Sequence record: PQ900156.1
DNA length: 64,000 nucleotides
Strand: one strand, 5' to 3'
Source: Escherichia phage vB_EcoP_ShWW44
The position numbers were made by a program, and so were the translations under genes. Of this stretch, positions 51,336-61,578 are shown in pieces (position 1 is the first letter of the stretch; each line of letters starts with the position of its first letter). The notes under the pieces are model-generated. The model was not told the DNA's origin. It was given only the letters and a program-made list of their open reading frames with translations, and made no database searches.

Positions 51336-51863
51336 TTATTCCTGTTCAAAAAGTTTACGGTCAGCCTGAATCTGTTTACCCAACTCAATTAGTTGGCTGT
51401 CACGGAGTCTAACAGTTGCCCGGAGTTCTTCAACCAAACGTCTGCCTTCTTCAAGACTGTTGTCGAGTCTGGCTGCATGGCTTGCAAGACTTCTGCACTC
51501 AAGGGTTCCGGCTTCGGCTTGACGTTTATATACCGATGCTCGCCTTTCAGACTGTTGCATCCGGCTGTCGTAATCACTGCTAACGCGAGCAAGCTCGCTT
51601 GCGTAATTACTCTCAGCCGTCTGCAACCGGGAAGTGAGTAACCCGACTTCATAACTATGGTTTCTTTGGAGAGCATTGTATTTGTCCTGTAATTTTTGTA
51701 TTGCCTTTTGGTCTTCAACCTTTTGGTCATCCCATTTCTTTTGAACAGTAGACTGTCCATTGGAATTACCCCAAAAGTAAATGGTGGCCCCTAGGACCAC
51801 CACCAGAAGATAAGGCCAACCTTTAGAGATTAGCATCTTCATTACATGCCTCCAGTGGCACAT
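51336..51863 (-). CDS. i-spanin (Rz-like): N-terminal TM plus periplasmic coiled-coil
   Basis: [18 protein letters not shown] then charged helical region; start may be an internal ATG (about 51842 or 51836). Confidence 0.55.
   Translation of the reverse strand: MCHWRHVMKMLISKGWPYLLVVVLGATIYFWGNSNGQSTVQKKWDDQKVEDQKAIQKLQDKYNALQRNHSYEVGLLTSRLQTAESNYASELARVSSDYDSRMQQSERRASVYKRQAEAGTLECRSLASHAARLDNSLEEGRRLVEELRATVRLRDSQLIELGKQIQADRKLFEQE
51389..51652 (-). CDS. o-spanin (Rz1-like) lipoprotein embedded in the i-spanin gene in another frame
   Basis: Signal with RRLR n-region, [12 protein letters not shown] lipobox-like, Pro-rich mature part KPKPEP; start set to internal Met of track ORF 51389..51760. 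Confidence 0.5.
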   Translation of the reverse strand: MKSGYSLPGCRRLRVITQASLLALAVITTAGCNSLKGEHRYINVKPKPEPLSAEVLQAMQPDSTTVLKKADVWLKNSGQLLDSVTAN

Positions 51864-52458
51864 TGCCTATTCGGTTAGCTACCCAACCATATGTAAAGTC
51901 TGGCATGTTTAATGAGGTGTAGTGGTTCAGTTGTTTGGCATCAAGTAACTTAATCATTACCTTACATGCTGCAACTTTGCCTCGTTTTTTCTGTAATGCT
52001 TTATATGCATTAACAGTACTTGCACCGACTTTACCATCAACCTGTATTTTAGGGTAGTCTTTGCCATCACGGGACATTTCATTAAGAGATTGCTGTAACC
52101 ACTTAGCCGGACGAGTTACACCAGTGTTAACACCAGCATCTACCAGCTTGTGTGTTACAGCAGGAGATATATCAGCGAAGGCTACGAAGTTAGGCTTAAG
52201 TACATAGTCATCAATGTATATCTCAGCAGCCATCTCTTTAGATAAACCTTTCATAGAACCATCCCAACCATACTCAGTAGCCAGAACTTCTTTGTGAGAT
52301 TTAGCTACAGATTGAGTAATGCCATGATTAGTTTCCCCACCTGGGTCACGAGGATTGTTTACATATCCCCCTTCCATATAGAACACTGCCCCCAGGATAG
52401 CAGCGACAACTCCTCCCACTGTACCACCTTTCGCAGCAAGTTTCTGTTTAGCTTTCAT
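51823..52458 (-). CDS. endolysin, GH108-type muramidase with possible SAR signal-anchor
   Basis: EGGYVNNPRDPGGETNHGIT motif; N-terminal Gly/Ala-rich weak TM GGTVGGVVAAILGAVFY. Confidence 0.65.
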   Translation of the reverse strand: MKAKQKLAAKGGTVGGVVAAILGAVFYMEGGYVNNPRDPGGETNHGITQSVAKSHKEVLATEYGWDGSMKGLSKEMAAEIYIDDYVLKPNFVAFADISPAVTHKLVDAGVNTGVTRPAKWLQQSLNEMSRDGKDYPKIQVDGKVGASTVNAYKALQKKRGKVAACKVMIKLLDAKQLNHYTSLNMPDFTYGWVANRIGNVPLEACNEDANL

Positions 52459-52708
52459 GTGAATCTTCCTTTGGTCGGAATCGTATCAATCTGCCTATGA
52501 TGTTTAAGGCAAACAGTGCGATTGCAATATTGGAACCATGGGGAATATCTTCCAGGATGTGACGAGGTAGTCCTGTCAGCATTGGTTGAATAATATCTAT
52601 GGCAGAAAACATAATTAACCCAAATGTACTAATCTGAATGGATGCCCACTTCCAGCATCTTTTCCAGTTAGGTACTAACTCAATCTTTCTTTTTAACCTG
52701 CGAACCAT
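52448..52708 (-). CDS. holin/pinholin candidate (two TM helices)
   Basis: TM segments ASIQISTFGLIMFSAI and NIAIALFALNIIG; immediately upstream of endolysin; start trimmed to internal Met. Confidence 0.45.
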   Translation of the reverse strand: MVRRLKRKIELVPNWKRCWKWASIQISTFGLIMFSAIDIIQPMLTGLPRHILEDIPHGSNIAIALFALNIIGRLIRFRPKEDSHES

Positions 52709-53022
52709 GCGAATATCTCCCGTCTTGCAGCAGCCAATACACCAATAATTGCACCTGCTCCAGCCCACACCCACTTACCAAAAATTCCAGCACCAACAAC
52801 TTTATGCTTAATGGTGATGAACTCTTCAATAGTAGGTTCATTTTTAGCTAAGCTATCCTCCACATTTTTCAGCCTATTGCCTATGTCATTGATTGAATCC
52901 CGTAGTTCCACCAGAGTTTCCTCCAGTTTCTCACGGTCCTGCCTGTCCCTTGTCTGGTTCTCAAACAGAGTCTTCAATCGTTCCTCCAGTCTGACTAGAA
53001 GCAGTTCACCCGATTCATTCAT
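52693..53022 (-). CDS. lysis-associated membrane protein (N-terminal coiled-coil, C-terminal Gly-zipper TM)
   Basis: C-terminal VVGAGIFGKWVWAGAGAIIGVLAAA; first gene of the lysis cassette. Confidence 0.4.
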   Translation of the reverse strand: MNESGELLLVRLEERLKTLFENQTRDRQDREKLEETLVELRDSINDIGNRLKNVEDSLAKNEPTIEEFITIKHKVVGAGIFGKWVWAGAGAIIGVLAAARREIFAWFAG

Positions 53023-53201
53023 AATATTACCGTAGTTGTGTAGTTAGATTCCCCAATAGGGCCATATCATAAGATGACTCTTAGATAATACTTAGTATGA
53101 TGGGGTACATCCAGACATAGTGTCTGCCTTAGACATTATTGTAAGAAGTGCAGGTACAGTGAGAGAATGGGGAATGCAAACAGTAAACTCTATATAGGAA
53201 A

Positions 53202-53226
53202 AGCCCCCTTAATTGGGGGCTTTTAG
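53202..53226 (-). terminator. bidirectional intrinsic terminator after tailspike gene
   Basis: AGCCCCC-ttaatt-GGGGGCT with U-tracts on both strands. Confidence 0.6.
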
Positions 53227-53238
53227 TAATGTCACATG

Positions 53239-55146
53239 TTATACAAAGTAAACCAATGTACCTATGATACGTGAATTATTCCCCAGTGCTGCAACAGAAC
53301 CAGAAATACCCACTGCTGAGGCTGTAGATGCAGAGATCATGATATTGGAGTTCAGTGCTTCTGCTCGGATATACAAGCCATAAACAGGTAAGGCAAGTTC
53401 AGCATAGTAGCCTACACTACCTGTACCTGTGGTATCACCACACGCAAAAGGCAGACCTAAAATTGCTGACTGATTCCCTGTACCAATAGTATTGATATGA
53501 ATATCAAACTCTACTGTTACCTTACGACCTTCTTTACGGTACTTACCCTTCTGAATGTTATAAGTAGCATTACCACCTACAGAAGGGGTCCATGTACCTT
53601 CTATAACATCAGAGGATGTCCATGCATTTGGTGATAATGGTGGGTTATTGACAACAGTGAATTTAGCACCAGCACCTGAGTTGTAGGGGATGAATACAGG
53701 ATTAATACGAGCAAAGGTGTTATTAACCTGTTCATCAAGGTTGTTCATATCAATCAGAACCTGTCCATTAGCAAATGTACTAACAGCAATATCCTCTACT
53801 ACCCAATCACGTAGCTTAACGTTACCATCCATCATTCCGATGATGCGACCATTATTCCCTATCTTCTCACTATGCATGTTGATGTAACAGTTACGGATTC
53901 GTACACTCTGTGGGAAAAGGTAGTTTGCAGGATTAGTCTTGTCACTAAGTACTGAAACCATCCAAGGTCGTACAGCTGTACTCACCTCTGTGTAGTATCC
54001 ATCAATAATAGCACCGTGAGCATTTGGCCCAAGAAGAATACCTCCAGTACAGTGGTGTGCGTTACCTCCAATTACACGGCACATTGTAGAGTTGATATAT
54101 GCAAAGTAACCTAAGTCTTGGTTATCGTATGCACCCATTGAGCAATCACGTATGGTAAATCGTGAGTTACCGCCATCATAGGCACTACCATCAGTCTTCT
54201 TGCCAAGGAGAGCTATGAAACTACCAGTTGCTACTGTACTGAAGTAGGTATGTTTCTCACAACACTCAATGATCCCATCCCAGTTCTCATACTGAGAATA
54301 GATGTCATAGGTTGCAGAGTTACCATAGTCCATAAAGATGCAGTATCTGATTCTAGGTGTGAATACGAAGGACTTAATGAAAATACCGAAACCTGCTTGC
54401 ACACCACCAGTGAATCGCAGACCCTCTATAGTGTATTCAGACTGATAGAAGTTATCAGCAGTAGGTGCATCTTCTGGAGTTGGGTCACCTAAGTACATTG
54501 CTGCACCAGTACCTGAGTAGTCCAGAGTAGCTGACTGAAAACCATATACTGCTACAGGGCGTGTAAAGTTTATACCAGTAGTATACTTATAATGACCAGC
54601 AGGAAAGATAACAGAAATGGGTGCAGAGTATTTGGCTCGGGAGTTTACCCAAGCAACCATAGCCTGAATAGCAGCAGTGTCATCGGTAATCCCATCACCT
54701 ACTGCACCAAAGTCCTTCAGACTTACCCAATCACCTAATGCAGCCTGTACAGTGCGAGCAACTTCACCAACACGTCCGGTAATGTGACCAACCTTACTAG
54801 AGCCAGTGTTAGAAGCCAGTTCGTCATATACTGCTGTAATGGCTTCATTGACTCGTACAGCAATGTCATTTGGTGCAGGAAGTAGACTAACGGTAATACC
54901 CCCTGGGTTATAGGTTAATTGGTCACCATTTACATTAGCAATGGTTGCCCCGGAGGGGAGAGTAGGTAAAGTCCATATCTTCTTAGCATTACGATCGAAG
55001 AGTATAGTCTTATCATCTAGCAATGTATTAGTATTCGTACTGAGAATAACTTTACCTTCTGCTACGTTACATGCACGAGCAATGGCTTGTATATTGGTAA
55101 GAATACCCGTAGAGCCTTTACCACCTTGAGAGAACATCTCGTTCAT
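53239..55146 (-). CDS. tailspike/tail fibre with pectate-lyase-like beta-helix domain (depolymerase candidate)
   Basis: DFGAVGDGITDDTAAIQAMVAW motif typical of Pectate_lyase_3 domains; 635 aa. Confidence 0.65.
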   Translation of the reverse strand: MNEMFSQGGKGSTGILTNIQAIARACNVAEGKVILSTNTNTLLDDKTILFDRNAKKIWTLPTLPSGATIANVNGDQLTYNPGGITVSLLPAPNDIAVRVNEAITAVYDELASNTGSSKVGHITGRVGEVARTVQAALGDWVSLKDFGAVGDGITDDTAAIQAMVAWVNSRAKYSAPISVIFPAGHYKYTTGINFTRPVAVYGFQSATLDYSGTGAAMYLGDPTPEDAPTADNFYQSEYTIEGLRFTGGVQAGFGIFIKSFVFTPRIRYCIFMDYGNSATYDIYSQYENWDGIIECCEKHTYFSTVATGSFIALLGKKTDGSAYDGGNSRFTIRDCSMGAYDNQDLGYFAYINSTMCRVIGGNAHHCTGGILLGPNAHGAIIDGYYTEVSTAVRPWMVSVLSDKTNPANYLFPQSVRIRNCYINMHSEKIGNNGRIIGMMDGNVKLRDWVVEDIAVSTFANGQVLIDMNNLDEQVNNTFARINPVFIPYNSGAGAKFTVVNNPPLSPNAWTSSDVIEGTWTPSVGGNATYNIQKGKYRKEGRKVTVEFDIHINTIGTGNQSAILGLPFACGDTTGTGSVGYYAELALPVYGLYIRAEALNSNIMISASTASAVGISGSVAALGNNSRIIGTLVYFV

Positions 55147-55437
55147 AGCAACCTCTTTGTTTTTCTAGAAGACCTCGCTTCAGCGGGGTCTTATAACTAG
55201 GTAAGTACACGGTAGCGTAGGCCAGTATGCATTATCTTATCTAGACTTTTCCTCTTACTAGATACAATAACCATCCATTCCCTCCTACAATGTTACACCA
55301 ACCTTTCATATTAATACTTGGAATACACTAAGAGCAAACCTAGATAGTCAGGGAACAAGTCATAGACTCCAGAGCGGCACTCATAGGTGTGCTGTGAGCT
55401 ATCATAGGTCTGCCCTTGTGTACACTAAGATATTAAC

Positions 55438-55590
55438 CTGCTTACGCAGAAGATACAGAAGGTTTCTTCATTGCACGACGTTGTACATCCTTAGCAATGG
55501 CGTAAGCCTGCTTAGGGTCACACTCTTCCTTGATGAGTTCTTCTGTGTTCCGGCGTACAGCACTTTGCTTAACTGACTTGATTAATGGCA
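55438..55590 (-). CDS. small basic protein (about 50 aa) translationally coupled to tailspike 2
   Basis: TGATG stop/start overlap with upstream tailspike gene; below ORF-track cutoff; coordinates +/-2 nt. Confidence 0.3.
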
Positions 55591-58428
55591 TCACTCTTCA
55601 GTCCCAAGTCTGCTCGTTACCTCTGGTATGACTGTCACTTGCATTGTTTGACCTGCGTGCCCATTGATTACCTTGATACGAATAAGATTAGCTGTGGAGG
55701 AATCATCACTAACAGTAATATCGCCAGTATTTACCCCTACTGCTCCGTATTTATCACCAAAGCTAACAGTAACAGAGGAACCGAATACTGCATGTCTCCC
55801 ATCGACACGATAGGAAGAAAAGTTTCCTGTAGAAACGTTACGGATAAGAACCCACAGACTAAGTCCACGGAAAGACAAAGTACCATTTGTTGATACAGGT
55901 AACTCAATAGTAGCTGACCCACCTTGTACAATTTCTCCTGCATACTTAGATTTGTATAGGTACTTCCCTGGCAAATCTAGGTATTCTTCATTTACACGAA
56001 GAAGATTGTTAATGTGCATTGCGTCAGTTCTGTTTGTAACAGGGGATTCATCAACTCCAACATCAAAGTTGTCATAACTATAAACTTTGCCGCCTGAACC
56101 ACTAAAGAGTAAGTTAGTGCCATGTAAGTTATTATGACGCACCGTATGGTTAGCACCGGAATGGCGAATAATGGTTATACCTCTAACACCAGACACACCA
56201 TAACAATCATTACCCTCAATAGAAGCGGAATCAACAGAATCATCTAAGAATATACAGTTAGGAACATCCTTGCCAGTGATATGGTTGCCACGTATAGTCA
56301 AGTTACGGTGACGACCTGTTGGGCTTTGGCCAAACTTACTGACGTAAATGCGAGGTACATTGTTTCCTACTACTGATACGTTCTCAGAGTTGTTAGATTG
56401 TGCAGTAATGAAAATCCTATCCGTGCAGGTGTTACCTATTACGTTAATGTTGCTAGTGTCATCTATCCATAGCAGTTTATGGAAGATATTACCAGTAACA
56501 ACACCGTAGCTTATCTGGTTATTCTCAATCTCTAAGGATCCATATTCATTGTCATGGTCATAGTTACCAATAACCACCAAAGAGCCGTTACCATTAATGA
56601 AGTTATAAGAAGTAGCATTCTTGCCACCATACGTCGAGTTACCTATGCACTTGGCATTGGTCACACCTACGTGTTGAAAGTGGCCTCTATCTTTACCATC
56701 TTTAGGCTGAACTGAAGTACAGCCCATAATAGAGGTGTCACGAACTACTCTGTTGGTAGGATCGCTTTCTGACGCATCGTAGGAGCGACCTCGGAAGTCT
56801 GTGTTATAGAAGAAACCCTCGAAACGCGCACCATGTACCTTGATGTCCTCATAGTCTCTACCGTCTTCATAGGCCAATATTTGAAATGCACGACATGCGT
56901 TGTCATATCTCGCAGCAGTAAGTGTCCCTGTCAAGAAACTACGAAACTTACTTGTTTTGATACGAATACACTCAAACTGCAAGTCTGCATCTCCAACTAG
57001 TGTAATAGGTTTGTCCACGGTAACAGTACCAAACCTATAGGGTCCGCCATAGAAACCTAAAGTACCTCCAGACGGAGTCGCATCAATTGCAGCTTGAATG
57101 GCGTAAGTACTATCTGTTGTAAGATTGGGCACTGCACCAAAATCTTTGACACTAACACTATCTTCTGCCCGTTCCTGCAATGTACGAGAAATTGTCCCAG
57201 GCAAAGGAATCTTAATACCAATCTTACTTGCACCGGAATCACTAGCTAAATCCGCTTTATATGCAGTCAGCTCATCTCTTACTGGAGATGGTACAGGAAG
57301 TAGATCAACAACAATTTCGCCAGGGGAATATGTTAACTTACCTGCATTAACAGACTGAATATATACATTCGCTGGTAATGAAGGTAACCCATATGACTTC
57401 TGCTCACTAACAGAGTAGACAATCTTTTTACCATTCAATAATTGCGTAGTGTCAGTGCTAAGAATTACTTCACTATCCTTAACGTTAGTAGCACGAGCAA
57501 CTTCCTGAAGAGTATGGTCTGATGTTTCCAGTACCTGTGTTTCTCCCCCAATCTGTACAATCAGACGGTCATTGGTTGCCAGCGGCTCAGTAAGAAGGAT
57601 ACGCTGGTTATCTGGGTCAGCAGTATATGACTCAGTGGTTAATCCTTTATACAAACGAAGACCATTCTTATACACAGCAGGAATAGACTGGAAGGTATAA
57701 GGAATAGTAATAACCTGCTCACCACCTACAGCAGCACCATTGTTGTATAACCAGTTAATCTGAACCCAATCACTAACATTAGGATTATCCGGTACAGCAG
57801 GAACTCCAGTCAGAAGGAATACTACTTCATCACCCTCTTCCAAAGGTTGAGCCAGAGTTACAGACAGACTATCTGCGTTAAACTCAAAGCCACGCCCTAC
57901 ATACTGCATGTCTCCATTAATAATAATGAAAGGCACACCTACCGTACCATCTGGTACGTTGATTGTAGTTTCGCCACCAGCAGCAGAACCATTGCAGTAC
58001 ACCCATGGAATATACGCACCTTCCCCGGAGGAAGTACCACCACTATTGGAGCCAGAAGTAGCAACAGTAATCCACGAACCAATTGCTTCTGGGTCATCTG
58101 GTATGATGCCGGTACGGTCACCTTCTACATATAAGTAGTCTGTTACCTGACGGTCACCTGCACGAGAGAAGCCATAGATACGTGCATACTTAGCTTTAGT
58201 AGTTAGTGCTTTGAGTTCTGCTTCAGACTGTACACCAAGTACCATTCCATACTGGTTAAGGAAATCATACAGGAGTTTAAGATTACCCAGGTTGCAGTAC
58301 ACAGTACGAACCACATGGTAAGCATTACCAAGTAGTGCATCTACCATTGGGTCATTGGAACTATTCTGGCAGTAAGGATTAGTCCAATCCTGTTTTGCAT
58401 CAAAGGGGTTGTGTGCGTTCATCGCCAT
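55591..58428 (-). CDS. tailspike with right-handed parallel beta-helix (second depolymerase candidate)
   Basis: VKDFGAVPNLTTDSTYAIQAAIDA plus repeated NxxIxGN beta-helix rungs; 945 aa. Confidence 0.65.
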   Translation of the reverse strand: MAMNAHNPFDAKQDWTNPYCQNSSNDPMVDALLGNAYHVVRTVYCNLGNLKLLYDFLNQYGMVLGVQSEAELKALTTKAKYARIYGFSRAGDRQVTDYLYVEGDRTGIIPDDPEAIGSWITVATSGSNSGGTSSGEGAYIPWVYCNGSAAGGETTINVPDGTVGVPFIIINGDMQYVGRGFEFNADSLSVTLAQPLEEGDEVVFLLTGVPAVPDNPNVSDWVQINWLYNNGAAVGGEQVITIPYTFQSIPAVYKNGLRLYKGLTTESYTADPDNQRILLTEPLATNDRLIVQIGGETQVLETSDHTLQEVARATNVKDSEVILSTDTTQLLNGKKIVYSVSEQKSYGLPSLPANVYIQSVNAGKLTYSPGEIVVDLLPVPSPVRDELTAYKADLASDSGASKIGIKIPLPGTISRTLQERAEDSVSVKDFGAVPNLTTDSTYAIQAAIDATPSGGTLGFYGGPYRFGTVTVDKPITLVGDADLQFECIRIKTSKFRSFLTGTLTAARYDNACRAFQILAYEDGRDYEDIKVHGARFEGFFYNTDFRGRSYDASESDPTNRVVRDTSIMGCTSVQPKDGKDRGHFQHVGVTNAKCIGNSTYGGKNATSYNFINGNGSLVVIGNYDHDNEYGSLEIENNQISYGVVTGNIFHKLLWIDDTSNINVIGNTCTDRIFITAQSNNSENVSVVGNNVPRIYVSKFGQSPTGRHRNLTIRGNHITGKDVPNCIFLDDSVDSASIEGNDCYGVSGVRGITIIRHSGANHTVRHNNLHGTNLLFSGSGGKVYSYDNFDVGVDESPVTNRTDAMHINNLLRVNEEYLDLPGKYLYKSKYAGEIVQGGSATIELPVSTNGTLSFRGLSLWVLIRNVSTGNFSSYRVDGRHAVFGSSVTVSFGDKYGAVGVNTGDITVSDDSSTANLIRIKVINGHAGQTMQVTVIPEVTSRLGTEE

Positions 58429-59129
58429 CCTCGTTGTTCAAATTTAGTTTCGGTAATTGAAATACTTCCATTAGCCAGGTCGTAATCAACAACCTCACCA
58501 CAGATGCTTTCATACGTTTGCAGATACTCTGCTGCCTTAGCGTTAGCTTCAGGAGTATTCAAACCAGTGTGGTAACGATAACCCACCCAGTTATGAAGTG
58601 CCGTCATTAGCGTATCAGCTAAATCAACCTCCTGTTCTTCATCACCCGTAAGTACTGGGTGCTTAGCTTGATAAGTTACGTTAAGTGCCTCGAAGTGTCG
58701 AGGTCGCATACACTGAATAGTATCAGGCCGAGGAGTGAAGATTGCATGGGGGTCTGAATCGTCGTTAAGTCTACGGCGATTCCCTAAGTTATCAAACACA
58801 TTTAAGATTTTAATAACATCATCCTGGAAAGGTTTCATGAACCCATCCATGATGTATGGATATTGAATCTCTAGAGTAGGCTTAGTAAATTTGGAGTAAG
58901 CATATCTGGATTGAAGGGGATAATCAGTACGACCTTCCTTCATCTCTACTATGCAGCTATTAGTCCTTAAAGGGAAACGACTATGTAGTCGTACCAGCCC
59001 TTCATTAATAGCAGCCAATATCTCAGGCTTGCTATCTGGTTCAATATCTAATCTGTCATCCGTGACTGCACCAGTACCTTTCAAGGTACTTAGTGCTAAG
59101 CCACGATATACTTCTGATAATTTTTGCAT
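58419..59129 (-). CDS. virion/tail-associated protein, hypothetical (236 aa)
   Basis: ORF between large terminase and tailspike genes. Confidence 0.5.
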   Translation of the reverse strand: MQKLSEVYRGLALSTLKGTGAVTDDRLDIEPDSKPEILAAINEGLVRLHSRFPLRTNSCIVEMKEGRTDYPLQSRYAYSKFTKPTLEIQYPYIMDGFMKPFQDDVIKILNVFDNLGNRRRLNDDSDPHAIFTPRPDTIQCMRPRHFEALNVTYQAKHPVLTGDEEQEVDLADTLMTALHNWVGYRYHTGLNTPEANAKAAEYLQTYESICGEVVDYDLANGSISITETKFEQRGWR

Positions 59130-59135
59130 GGTTCC

Positions 59136-60746
59136 TCACACAATATATGAACGTAGAGGGTTAACACTATCTTCTTCTTCATCATCCCACATCGGGTCAC
59201 CTTTATTATCCACCATAGTCATACCTGCTTGTGGTTTCCATGGATTGAGATAACCCAGCATAGAGATAGTATCAATACAGTCATCCTTACCTTTGATTCC
59301 ATTAATGGTAGCTAGTTTAATCTGGCCCATGAACAGACCCATAATAGTTGAATCTCTCAACTCTTCCGGGAAATACATCTTACCAGCTTTGAACCATGGA
59401 ACTACCAGGTTAAAGCGTGACAGCTTAGAAGTTACAGGACGTATGCCTGGCTTACCACCCTCAGAGGATGCAAAGTTAAAGAAGACATTACGGTTAATCA
59501 TTTCTTTCTGAAGGAGTGAAATGAATCCATTCTGTTGTCCTGTGATTTCGACCCCAACGTTTTGTGGTTGGTATTCTTGAACCAGACGGAACAGGTCATC
59601 GAAGTTTTTATCCATAAGCTGACGATTAGCCACACCATCAACCCAGAACCAATCTCCATTAGAACTATAAGCCCAAACTGATATGACACTGTAGTCACTG
59701 GTCTGTTTCTCCGAAGTAGCAAAGTCGGTTGTAATGTAATAGTTGTAGCAGGACTTCATCCTTAACAGTTGTTGTCTGCTATACCATCTAATTTCACTAT
59801 CCTGAACCAGTCTCTCATCCTCAGAACTAATACGTAACATAAGTTCCTGATAGAAGCCTGCCAGCTTACCTGTCTTAACTGCCATGTCATATTGGGCTTT
59901 AATGTAGTCGTAAGAGAAACGGTCATCCCATGCACCCTGAAATTCTTCTCTGCTACATGGGAACTTCTCACATACAGGCCATACGTTGACATCCCATGCA
60001 CCAGACTCAACTGCTTCAATGATAATGTCTTCCTTATTAAAGGGAGTACCGTTGAAGATTACTTTACGACGAGTAGGGTCAAGAGCATGGTTCACGCCTT
60101 TATAGACGGTGTCTTTAATAGCTTCCATGCTTGTCTTGGAGTTAGCATCGCCATCACTAATCAAGTCATCCAGTACACAGAGTGTTGGACGTTTACCATA
60201 TATCTTCGTACCACGAAGACCTGTCTTAGCACCAAACAGCTTAACACCAAGTCGATGCCCTTCTACATTACGAAACTCTAATAGGTTATCCGTAAAGGTA
60301 GCTTCAGGTATCCATTGCTGAAGGAACTCACTATTCTTATAACGGAACTCAATATTCTTACGTGCAGACTTAGCACCGTTATCCATTGAGTCAGATACGT
60401 AAATCATTCCTTCTACTTTACCTAGGCTAGGTAAGTGACCAAACACTGCCAGGAATAAAGTAAAGTATTCCATGAACACAGCAGTCTTACCTGCACCACG
60501 GAAGCACAGGTTAACTACATACTGGTTCGGGCTAATCATCTTATCCAGCATCTTCAAGTGAACTGGGGGTGTTTTGTTGGATTCACCTTCTTTGCCATTA
60601 ACCAACTTAATAAAGTTGGCAAAGGTAAGAGCAAACTGACTGGGAACATAGTTGGAAGAGTTTAGGTGGGAGTAATCCACCTGGTCTAGCCATTCATCCA
60701 GTTCCTGTTTAATTAACTCAGACATCTGTAATGTCCTCATCTGCAC
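59136..60746 (-). CDS. terminase large subunit
   Basis: Walker A-like RGAGKTAVF, Walker B-like region, C-terminal nuclease-like acidic residues; 536 aa. Confidence 0.7.
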   Translation of the reverse strand: MQMRTLQMSELIKQELDEWLDQVDYSHLNSSNYVPSQFALTFANFIKLVNGKEGESNKTPPVHLKMLDKMISPNQYVVNLCFRGAGKTAVFMEYFTLFLAVFGHLPSLGKVEGMIYVSDSMDNGAKSARKNIEFRYKNSEFLQQWIPEATFTDNLLEFRNVEGHRLGVKLFGAKTGLRGTKIYGKRPTLCVLDDLISDGDANSKTSMEAIKDTVYKGVNHALDPTRRKVIFNGTPFNKEDIIIEAVESGAWDVNVWPVCEKFPCSREEFQGAWDDRFSYDYIKAQYDMAVKTGKLAGFYQELMLRISSEDERLVQDSEIRWYSRQQLLRMKSCYNYYITTDFATSEKQTSDYSVISVWAYSSNGDWFWVDGVANRQLMDKNFDDLFRLVQEYQPQNVGVEITGQQNGFISLLQKEMINRNVFFNFASSEGGKPGIRPVTSKLSRFNLVVPWFKAGKMYFPEELRDSTIMGLFMGQIKLATINGIKGKDDCIDTISMLGYLNPWKPQAGMTMVDNKGDPMWDDEEEDSVNPLRSYIV

Positions 60747-61407
60747 GTACTAGTTTAGAACCAGCAACCTCTTTGGTAGGTACACCACTATTGATTGCAT
60801 TAATTTGCTGTTCAGCCAATGCAGCAAGTGTTGCCTTGAGGTCAGTTAATCCAGAGTTCTCTCTCAAGTCCAGATTGATATTCGTTACCTGGTCTTTCGG
60901 TTTAGCTAAGTGAGTAAGGATAGAGTTAGCTGCATCACATCTTACTTTCTCACTTGCTGCTGAAGTCATTAGTTCAACCTGAACGTTGATGGCCTTCTGA
61001 TAATTGTCCTGGTTCACAATCCACACTGGAACCAAACTTTGTTCCATGATGAGGTTAACTAACTTACCCCTGTGATAAGCAGATACATAAGCACTAATAT
61101 CTTTCTCACTGGTTCCTCGTGCTACTAGTTCTGCTTGTCGGTTAGGGAATGTTTTGAAGTAGGCTTCCTTATTTGAGTAGCCCATATGTTTATAAGTTAC
61201 ATACTGAACTGCATTCATGTAGTCCTGTGTCTTAAACTTACCTTCCTTCATTACACCAGAGTAGGAGATAAAGTTTTCACGGAAGGACTCAGCAACCAGT
61301 TGGTCTTGGGTAATGTTGTTAATTGTATCTACTAACTCTTGGGTCACACTGTTTTTGAAGTTAGCAGGTAGTGCATTAATAATCTGCTGCTTAGTTAGTT
61401 CACTCAT
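60718..61407 (-). CDS. first gene of late block; possible terminase small subunit (position only)
   Basis: 229-aa ORF overlapping the large terminase start by 29 nt. Confidence 0.35.
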   Translation of the reverse strand: MSELTKQQIINALPANFKNSVTQELVDTINNITQDQLVAESFRENFISYSGVMKEGKFKTQDYMNAVQYVTYKHMGYSNKEAYFKTFPNRQAELVARGTSEKDISAYVSAYHRGKLVNLIMEQSLVPVWIVNQDNYQKAINVQVELMTSAASEKVRCDAANSILTHLAKPKDQVTNINLDLRENSGLTDLKATLAALAEQQINAINSGVPTKEVAGSKLVRADEDITDV

Positions 61408-61578
61408 ACTTATCTCGCTACAAAGTTATGTCTATTAAAGAAGATTCTTTTCTTGGGGTGAGTTACCCCTTGAAGAAACGATACCATACAGTTACACTTT
61501 AGTCATGATATAGAAAAAGTTCATGATACTAAATAGTATGTAATGTTCCGATGACCCTATTCCCAAAAGGAGTAACCT

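Noticed and set aside
51653-51760. Full-length 123-aa minus-strand ORF 51389-51760 as the o-spanin
   Set aside because: The N-terminal 36 residues precede the signal-peptide-like region; an internal Met giving a standard lipoprotein signal was preferred.
55314-55327. 14-mer TTTCATATTAATAC also found at 63901-63914
   Set aside because: AT-rich 14-mer; by my estimate a few exact 14-mer pairs are expected by chance in 64 kb, so not significant on its own.
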